The position numbers and the translations under genes are program-made. DNA of 64,000 bases from Eledone cirrhosa (Eukaryota): contig OZ024744.1 of assembly GCA_964016885.1 (NCBI GenBank), positions 75,020,001-75,084,000 of the forward strand, in the 5' to 3' direction. Of this stretch, positions 53,853 to 64,000 are shown piece after piece. Within the stretch, counting starts at the first letter, position 1. Every line of letters starts with the position of its first letter. The notes under the pieces were generated by a model, which saw only the letters and a program-made list of their open reading frames with translations, was not told the DNA's origin and searched no databases.

Positions 53853-55699
53853 TCACATATATACGTACGTACGTACGTACTTACGTACATACGTACATAC
53901 ATACTTACATACATACATACTAATACAACTAGTTAGGAAATTACAAGTACAATCCATTAATGGAATAGTAAAAATATGTAAAACATTCCAGAAATGTTGT
54001 ATCTAATAACTGCATATACATATGTACAGATACAAAGCATATACACATGCACACATACAACTCAAAACATCCACATCCACACATACAATAACATCCAAAC
54101 CTACACATGCATGCAAACATACATACATATCTACCTAGTTGATGTTGTGTAAATTCCAATGAGAAAGTATTGTAACTATGTTAGAAACCGACTCTCTCTC
54201 TGTGATGAAATCCTTCGAATGAAACGGAGAATCAGTGGTGCAACGAATAACATTTATTAGACATACCACAATCGTTTCTCTGGTGACCAGCTCGAGCACG
54301 ATCAATGCAATGATCCAACCTGACTCTGAAATCGCAAGATTCTCAGATATGTCTCGATTCTACGGAGCAGAGTTTCCAAATGTCCAGTTACACCCGCTGC
54401 CTTCACTCGGCCGCTTAAATCCTGTTGTTGTCTTTCGATGAGTGGTCAAGAATTGTACACGTCATCGGTATTTTTGGCCACTCATGGCCGTCGTATATTT
54501 GGTTCCTTTCCTTTGCCACCTGTCAGTCAAAGTTGTTTCTTATATTGGAATTACTACTGTAGAAGGTAAGGGGTTGTATGATTGAACCGGTCGCGTCTTG
54601 TCGCATCCTTCCCAACCTGTAGGTGCCCGCACCCATGTCCATGTTTCGCGCAGGCGTGATACATATGGGCACTTATATACCCACAGCGATCACATACACA
54701 CCCGCAACTGTATTATATGGGACAATCACAGTCAATATTGAATGTGCAGCGAATACTTAGAAAGAATTTAAAGAAAAAAGGAAAAACATTTAAAAGAATG
54801 TTTCAGAAAACACATCCTCAAAATACCTTAAAAAACACACATTTCAAATAAAACCCTATAAAAAGAACGGTTTTAAAAGAATGCTTTAAAGAGCCTTTCA
54901 AAAAAGTTATTTCAAAAGTATTTTTGATAAATATACACATATCTACACACACACACTGTACTCAGGAAAGCGTATATAGTTAAGGCTCTGCGCATATATA
55001 CAGATGAGAAAATGGAAGATCTACACATACATATGCATACACTTACACAGACATGTTCATACAATTACATCCACCCAGACATGCATACACATGCATGTAT
55101 GCATATGTGCGTGCACACACATACATACATGTACCCGCGCATGGGCATGCTTATACATCTCTAAAAAAGCACATACTTGATGAATACCTACACATCCACA
55201 CACACGCGCAACTGTGTACATGACGTATAAAATATCATATGAGACGACATTCTTGAGGCTTGTACCCAATCCATTCATGTGGCGATATAAGCCTGAAAGT
55301 CATACACAATATGCAAAAATGTAATAGCTACGTAGTAGCCATGCCCTAATCACAGATAACATGGGTGGCACCTATATATAAATGCGTGTACATACATAAA
55401 ATAAAATAAAATAAAATAAGATAAAATAAAATACTGGAAAAAGGAGTGTATACATGATAAATATGCAGAGGGGGTATCTGTTCACGCCACCCGGACATTA
55501 TTGGGATGTGCATAAAGTTGCATAAAATACTTGAAGACTGTGGTGCATAGGGTTATATAAGATACAGAGGGACTGACGATCCAAGGGACTGGGTAAGAAC
55601 CTGCACATCAACCATGCACACGAGACAGATTTCATGACTGGTGGACACAGGGGACCGTGTGTGCATACTCAAACATGTTATATATATTGTGAATGTGTA

Positions 55700-56337
55700 G
55701 AATATCCTACATAGGAAGAACTGTAAAAGTACTCCCTCCCAGGATCCTCCAAGAACTCGACCTATGGTGACTCCTGGGATGCATGGCTACGGAGGGTCCT
55801 GATACACACCTCGACATCAAATTCACAAAGTGGGAGAAATGGTACGGGACTGGTTTGGAGATTCTCCTCCAAGTCAGACCAGATATTCCAGAACATATAA
55901 AAAATTGAAGTGGTCACCCTGGGTAAAAGGCCGCAATGTTTCATTTGTGGTGAATTCACACATCTGCGAGCCTCTTGCTGAAATTTACAGGGGCGGCAAA
56001 CCTTCGTTGCAACCAACCAATTCAGGGACAAACAACCGCGGCACCAACAACTTCATCACCGGTAACAACAAAGTCACCAGCCCCACCAGCAGCAGCAACT
56101 AAACCACCACTACCACCACCAACAAAAACAACAACAGACTAAAAAAACACACGAGGGGAAGGTGAAAATGTCCCTCCCCCTCTACAAACTACAAATACAC
56201 ACATAGACACTGACTTAAACGCAGATAAACACCCACAAACATCTGAAACACTCAACGGGATCTCCTCTTCTTAAAGTGAAGAAAACACCGAAAAACAAAA
56301 ATGAAAACACAAGAAAAAGAAAAAAAAACTCCTGGCA

Positions 56338-56377
<40 letters not shown>

Positions 56378-56950
56378 CAGATACAGACACAAACCAAACA
56401 CCACCAACACTACCGCCACTACTATCAGAAAATAAACGAAAACATGCACAACCACAACAACCAATCACACCCACAGAAGACTTCGTGCTAATTAGAAGGG
56501 CCAACAGAGATATGATGGGCCTTATAGCACGAAGTGAAGAGATCGATAAAGGTAGGGGAAATTTTGGCAACGGCATTTTTAAATTACTGGAAGACTTGAT
56601 GATAGTACTATGTCTATTGGTGCTTACAAGGACATTAGTGAAAGCTTTCCTCGTGATGTGGGAGCCCTTAACCTGAGACCAACATGTAGACTTTTAAAGG
56701 GGTTTTCAAAAGAAATACCACCAAGTGTCGTGTGGTTTAGGATTGATGTGGTTCCTAAATCTACCATGGGTTGTCCTCTCCACCTATTTGCGAACTTTCA
56801 TTGTAATACATTTTGTTGTTTATTGTTATCTGTTATTTATATATTTTACTGGATTTCTATGTAAACCCCACCACCCCTGTTCTTTCTATTGTCCCTTTTT
56901 TTGTTGGCCTATGTGTCAAATAAAAAGAAATAACAATAATAATAATAATA
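55700..56950 (+). mobile_element. Decayed Tx1-related element with ORF1 and 3' end but no ORF2 (HAL1-like)
   Basis: SYIGRTVKV...WEKWYGTGLEILLQ...IPEHI, RPQCFICGEFTHLRASC and YKDISESFPRDVG match ORF1 of the two Tx1 copies. These are followed within about 250 bp by aataaaaagaaat and (AAT)n. Confidence 0.7.
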
Positions 56951-56979
56951 ATTATTATTAATATTATATTATATTATAC

Positions 56980-57691
56980 GGGCGGTGTATTGGTAGTATC
57001 GAAAGAGAGTCGGGCACCTTGCTTTACGGTCTGACTTCAAATCTCGCCGACGTTAACTTTGGCTTTCATTCTTACGAGGTCGATAAAATGAAGCACCAGT
57101 AACGTACTGGTGTGGATTTAATCGACTTCCCCTACCCCTAAATTACTGGCCTTGTGCCTATACTAGAAACCATTATTATATTATGCCCTTACATTACATA
57201 CAATATTATATATTTTAACGGTGGTGGATTGATAGTATCGGTAGAGTGCATGCTTTGTAGCATAGAGTCACGGCCCTTTACGGTCTGAGTTCAAATCCCA
57301 CCGAGGTTAACTTTGCCTTTCATCCTTACGGGATCGATAAAATAAGGTACCAGTAATACACTAGGGTAATTGCTGGCCTTGTGCCAAATGTAGAAATAGT
57401 TATATATTTCAATGGCCGGAAAAGAGAATATCTAAAATGTTCATCTAATTCGATGATTGTAGATGAAACAATTAATGGTTTCTTATATAGGCACAACGCC
57501 AATAATTTTAGAGGAGGGGAAAGTCGATTAAATCAACATCAGTACATTACTGGTACTTTATTACATCGACCCGGTAAGGATAAAAAGCAAAGTTAACCTC
57601 GACGGGATTTGACCTCAGATCATAAAGGGGCGGTAACTGTGTGCTGCAAAGCATGGCGTCCGACCCTCTACCGATACTGCCGATCCACCTC
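56980..57691. mobile_element. Cluster of three MetaSINE-like SINEs (56980-57178 +, 57219-57400 +, 57476-57691 -)
   Basis: Same conserved core as the other copies. Confidence 0.75.
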
Positions 57692-58152
57692 CCTATAGAT
57701 GAAACAATTAATAAAAATAAAACTATGAATAAATACACAAATGAATGGTGTATTGTGCAGGAAATATAATAAATAATAGACTATTTAACAAGTGTAATTT
57801 ACGTGGAAAGGAACGTATATCTAAAATGAAAACAAATACGTAAAGTAAAGAGGTTTCAATTCTTAGAGTTTGTACACCAGAAAAAATTGCATATAGAAAG
57901 CATGATAAGACAATACAAAAACAAAAGCCCTCCAAAACAACACACAATCATTGTAGGTCACTGCAAAACATATATTGAATTATATAATGGTAAAATATTT
58001 GCGATACTTAAGTCTCAGACTTTTTTCAATCAATTAGTGTTCAGCATTGAAGATTTTAGCATGAAGGAAAATTGAAACAGAGCAAAGTGATGATATATAT
58101 ATATATATGTGTGTGTGTTTGTTTGTATAAATATATATATACATATAAATAT

Positions 58153-58411
<259 letters not shown>

Positions 58412-58599
58412 CTTATTTACAATATATTTTCATTTGCTATCCTCTCGACATCATTACCTTGGTAGACGTCATAGAGATCTATTCTCTCTCTCTCTCTCTG
58501 CTGTAAGTTACTTAACATTCAATCAATTTATATGTACAATGCACTTCAAAGTTTTTCCTAGTTAATCAAAGCAACACACGGTGATTGTGTTTATGGATG

Positions 58600-58654
58600 G
58601 TGAATGATGATGACGATGATGATGATAATAATAATAATAATAATGATACTAATG

Positions 58655-58706
<52 letters not shown>

Positions 58707-58944
58707 CAACAACAGCAACAATAACAACAACAACCACAATAATAATGATAATGATAATAATAATAACAATAATAATAAATGAAAAGTATTATATTTATTC
58801 TGGTTCTAATAAAGTAGATATTGCTTAAATACTGAAAAGTACAATCGGTGGAGTGTTCAACGATACTCATATCAGTACTTCAACAACACCAGCACACCAG
58901 CACAATCAATATCATCATTACCACCACCACCACCACAACCACCA

Positions 58945-59014
<70 letters not shown>

Positions 59015-59435
59015 CGCCACCACTACCATCACCACCACCACCACCATCACCACCACCACTACTACCACCTACCACCACAACCAACAACACCACTACTAAT
59101 ACTAGTACTACAACAACAAAAACTACTACTGCTACTTCTACTACTACTACTACTACCGCTACAACTGAAATTACACCACGATATAAACTAGTAGAGCCAA
59201 AACAGTTATATATTACTGTTGAGACCACCGATCAACTACCACCACCGCCATCGTCATCACCGCCACTACTACTAACAACAATAACAACAACACCACCACT
59301 ACTATCACTACCAACACCAACATCATCATCATCACTACTGTCATCACCACCACGACTAACAACAACAACAACACCACCAACACCACCACTACCAACACCA
59401 ACACTGTCATCACTACTGTCATCACCACCATGACT

Positions 59436-59466
<31 letters not shown>

Positions 59467-59530
59467 GCAGCAGCAATACCACCACCACCACTATCACTAC
59501 CAACACCAACACCGTCATCACTGCTACAAA
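58600..59530. repeat. Compound trinucleotide microsatellite region (AAT/AAC/ACT/ACC)
   Basis: Direct inspection. Confidence 0.9.
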
Positions 59531-59619
59531 ATTCCACAAACATCGTTTTGATTTTCGTTTCCATCATTCCTTTACTCAATAGTAATAATTATTTCTTTTA
59601 TTTGTCACAAGGACAACAC

Positions 59620-59806
59620 TTTCAAGGGATGGGGAAAGTCGATTAAATTGACCCTAGTGGGTTGCAAGTACTTTATTTTGTCGATCCATAAGAATGAAAG
59701 GCAAAGCTAACGTGGCCCGGATTTGAACTCAGAATGTAAAGGGACGTAACTAAATGGCACATAGCATGTTGACAGCTGCCCTACCAATACTGTCAATTCA
59801 ATGCCC
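59620..59806 (-). mobile_element. MetaSINE-like SINE
   Basis: gtactttattttgtcgat...gaaaggcaaag...gatttgaactcag. Confidence 0.7.
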
Positions 59807-59825
59807 ATATTATAATAATAATGAT

Positions 59826-61065
59826 GATTTCTTTATTAAACACAAGAGTTTTAAAAATCAGGGGCAGTATGAAATTAAAATTAAAAAAATGTAAAATGGG
59901 TCACAAAAAAAGGAAACAAATAAATAAAGCCCAACGGCTACTAGTGGAAACACCCTACACAAAGAAGTAGTCACCCTGCTTACTAAGGAAAGTGCCTTGT
60001 CCCAGTTGTCTTTCTCCAGCCTACGTGTGAATACTCGCAGCGCGCCGTTTAACGGACCATGTTCATATCTCTCATCCTCCTTTCAATAAATTTGCTGAAA
60101 AGCAGCACTATGTTCAGTTTCTCTTTCAAGTGAAACTTGAAATAATCTACGAGGATTCGACCAAAGAGGGAAATGATTTTCTTCAGCCCTTTCAATCTCG
60201 TCAAACATACAATCTCGTCAACCGTGGCTACTAACCAAATAAAACTTGTCTGCCCTTCCCGACCAAAGGAAAGCGGTAGGACGATCTTCACAATAGACTC
60301 AGCTGATAGTCTGATCCGCCCTATACATAAGAACAGTTGCTTGATCTTATCCAGTCGTCAGCAATACTCGGGCACTGAATGACTGCATGCACGGCAGTTT
60401 CGCCGCTCTGCACGCATCACGGAACGGTCAGGCTGACAGCATCTCTCTACCTGTAGAGCTTATCCTGAATCGGTCAGATCACTCGGTAGATCTGGTAGGA
60501 GAGATTATCCGTGGGCCCTGGACCAAAACTACGCAGTAACAGACTTTCCAATTAATTGTTGCCAAGACTCAGAGTTTCCTTGAGAACGTTGTCGTTTATA
60601 CTCGCCACAATGCTCTATAGATCGCGAAATTTGAAATTCCACCGACCGCATTGCTCACATGATTGCCGTCCGTGGGTGTTTGATGACATTACAGTTAGCA
60701 GGTGACAATTTCGGTTTCACTTGCCCCAAGACTGCAGTTATGTTGCAGAGACAATCTAATAAAAGCAGCGTTTGATTAACGGCAGCCATACTTGTTTACC
60801 GCACAGGAAACCTGGAGATGTCGCAGCATCTTCGTATGTCTGCGGAACAACAGCTACTGCATGCTTAGTCTAACAGGAATCGGTTATTCACAGCAAGTCC
60901 AGTGGAACGGATTCCTTCCACACAAAGCGAAATAACAAGCGCTCCAGTTTCGTCAGAGCTGAAGAGGGGTGAGGCTCTAGGGCCAGATGCCAATAGATGG
61001 TAGAAGGGATGTAGGCATTCACCACCTCTGGTCAAACTTTCAATGATAGCTTTCAGCCAATATCT
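59826..61065 (-). pseudogene. Old 5'-truncated Tx1 copy (ORF2 C-terminus and 3' UTR)
   Basis: SFGREGQTSFIWLVATVDEIVCLTRLKGLK...DYFKFHLK is homologous to the ORF2 end. The 3' terminus gatttctttattaa is the same as in copies 1 and 2. Confidence 0.85.
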
Positions 61066-61460
61066 GGATGAGATTTGTCACTAAATACACTCTCTCCCAT
61101 GCTAATCATATTTCTACTTCTAAATCTCAGTAACACACCCACTGGAGTAGATAGAAATAAAATACAAGGTTTACATACCTAGAAATTGGCTTCTAGCAGA
61201 CTGTAAATGTGTCCGTAAGGAATAGGGGTCTCAACATGACACTGAACATAGAATCCCCTACCTAAAGGAAATATTTACTTAAATAAGTATGTTCATGCGA
61301 GTGTGTCTTTAATAGTAAATTATCCTCATCTCTCCATCATAGTATATTTCTACATTTTCCTATAGCTCATCCATCCGCCCGCTTCACGTTGATCTTTAGA
61401 AGAACTAAGAAGTCTTTGATTATGCTGCTTTTGATCAATTTTCCACTGTATTAGGCCCTA

Positions 61461-61678
61461 GTGGCTTGGAGGCATCGATAAAACGTCAAACACCATGCTC
61501 TGCCGCATAGAGTTATGAACCTTCACGTTCAGAGTTCAAATCCCGCCGAAGATAGCTTTGCCATTCATCCTTACGGGGTTGATAAAATAAAGCGCCAGTA
61601 ATGCACTTGGGCCAATTTAATCGACTTTCCCTTCCCCGCAAATTACTGGCCTTGTGCCTATAGTAGAAATCATTATTT
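61461..61678 (+). mobile_element. MetaSINE-like SINE
   Basis: gagttcaaatcccgccga...catccttacggggttgataaaataaag...ggccttgtgcctatagtagaaat. Confidence 0.75.
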
Positions 61679-63018
61679 TGCTGTGTTAAGAGTTGTCATC
61701 TCTCAACTTTCAGTATGTCGATGTTTTACTATATTTCTATTATTTCTTCCAACAACCTCCATCACATTCATCTCATAGCATAACGTAATATCAAACATTA
61801 GAACACGGAATTATGGTTCACATTATGGGTAATTATATGGCGGAAGTTTGTAGTGTTCATTAATACGCTCCTGACCTTTTTTCAGTCTTAAGAGCTTTTA
61901 AATGCTGTTAATGTCAGGAGAACATATGTTTTCTAGGCTCCATTAATAATCAATGTATATTTTCCTCTCTGGGCTTCTATAACAAGATACGTCGAGCCCC
62001 ACCAGAACCATTGACACCTTCAGCTCTCGTATTCTGCTTAAGGTTTTCAATGTATGTAACGTGACATTTGCCATGCTTTCTCACTCTATGTTGTGGATTC
62101 CGTATTTCAAAATTCCAACTTCAATGCTTCCTTTTCTGGATATGATGCACAATGTCCTGACAGAAGTAAGCTACCTTCTTTAATATTCACATTTATTTTT
62201 GGGACGTTTCTATACAAATATCTGTTTGTCATATGCAGCTACAATTTCAAAGTAACTGTCAAAATATATTGTTCTTGTGTAACAAACATCAATACTGTTT
62301 ACTGTTAATTTAACGAGTGTCTATCTCTCACTGTCATAAAAGAGCACCAATTCAATAGTGGTTAGAAGGAACATTATTGTGTTCCTCTTGGCAGTTATGA
62401 CTTCCAGATTTTCTTTCGAAAATAATATTTTGTATGAGTGCATATTGCTTTGGTGTTGGTTCTGACTCTAACTTATAGGTTTCTATAGGCTATGCATGTT
62501 AGCCTATTTTCACAAGTCATATAGAAAAGCCATGACAAACTAAAGTTTTTTTTCCTGTTGATATTACGATTTTTCTCATCTTCATAAATGTTTTACCTCC
62601 AGACGAGGGTCCTACAAGAAACCTTCTGATTTCCATAACTTAGTAGCATTTTCTCCAAATTAGAATTACTTTTGTAAGTCTCAGAATGAAGCCTTTTTAT
62701 TTATGTTATCTATGCTCTTTGATCATGTTTTAATAATATTATTGAGTTTCGAAGCAGTTTTGGAAACGCATGTTGATATAATAATTTAAAAGATTGAAAA
62801 GCTAATTGGAAGACGAAACATTTCAGTCATACCAGTTCTTTACCTTTCAAATTCTAAATCTTACACATAAAATACAACATAAGATCTGCTCTTATAATCC
62901 GTTCCTTCAACTTTCTACAACTTTTAACATGACTTCAACTAAAACTAACGCTTTTTCAAACTTCAACTGTTAACCAACGTTAAAAGGTTCCTGACTTGAA
63001 GAAACAAACCAGATCTTA

Positions 63019-63060
63019 TATTCACTGATGAAAGTCTTTGAGACTGAAAGTTTATGAATA
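63019..63060 (+). ncRNA. Minimal type I hammerhead motif
   Basis: tattca-CTGATGA-a-agtc(tttga)gact-GAAA-gtt-TA-tgaata. Upstream 62780-62855 weakly resembles a PLE C-terminus (KIEKLIGRRNISVIPVLYL). Confidence 0.6.
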
Positions 63061-64000
63061 CAACACTACGTTTAATTTTTATACACATTGTTTGACCTTC
63101 CAATCATTTAAATGTATTATATCGACACAACATTTTAAAAAAACTGCCCCGAAACTCAATAATATATATCCAAACCACAACCACATATGAACCGGATGAA
63201 TTAAGGTAATTATAGCTTACTTTTCCCTTATCTTCTGAACACTTCGTAGAAATATATATATTCACATATATATATATGCGGATATGTATAAATATTAATT
63301 GCTTATGTATTTGTATATGGGTATGTATACGTATATGTGTGTGTATTTCGGCATATATAGATATATATATAGTTTTTATCGTCCAACCTTTGCGAAAAGA
63401 ATAGAAAGAAAAAAACAATATTTTCATATATATGAACTCTATCTACTTCCTCATTGAACGTACCTGTACATTGAATACATGATCCTAATTAAATACTCTG
63501 TTGCTGCAAGTTTCGTCACTTATTTTAAAAAAGAAAAGATCTACTAAAGATTTCGTTTCAGCTAAATTTTTTCGACGTTAATCAACACTAAAAACATTTT
63601 CTGTAATAAATATGGTCTCTACTTTTCAAATTCTAAATTTCCCATTTAGGAAAGGAAAAAGAAAATATATGCTTCAGCGAATTCCTCGAGAGTTGAATTA
63701 GAGTACTGATTGGTGCTTGAATGAACGGATTATGCATTCATAAAACATAAAAGGCCTGTCCTTTTGTCTAGAGCATTTGGAACCGATGTGAAATGTAATG
63801 ATTTACACTATTGTGTATATTAAATATGTTGAATATATATTTCTATTATAATCGTTTAATCTTAATTTTATTATCATTCTGTGAACACCCGTTTTGCATG
63901 TGAGTTTGCATTTCATATTTGCATTTCATATTTGCTCTCATTTGGGGGTGCTTGTAAGAAATGAAACCCTAACCGGGTATACTTCGTCTTTCTACGCTCG

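Overview
This is an AT-rich, microsatellite-dense animal genomic region. The SINE families and repeat landscape suggest a cephalopod such as octopus, which is an inference. No host gene could be established; there is one candidate exon at 18760-18904 (-). Most ORFs in the track are translations of simple repeats. The real coding content is retrotransposon-derived: a cluster of R4/Dong-type RLE elements and two tandem Tx1/L1-type elements in (AAT)n/(AAG)n tracts (26.7-47.9 kb), a CRE-type remnant, APE-LINE remnants, Penelope-like GIY-YIG fragments, and an apparent ORF1-only (HAL1-like) Tx1 derivative. Helitron-type elements and many tRNA-derived SINEs are also present. The most striking unexplained structure is three non-coding foldback elements from two unrelated families (2773-3185, 9972-10398, 16107-16802). 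Each sits in (TA)n, carries a type I hammerhead ribozyme motif on both strands, and ends in a short unique 3' tail. Several solo hammerhead motifs also occur, one directly downstream of a Penelope GIY-YIG ORF. All alignments and folds were done by eye.
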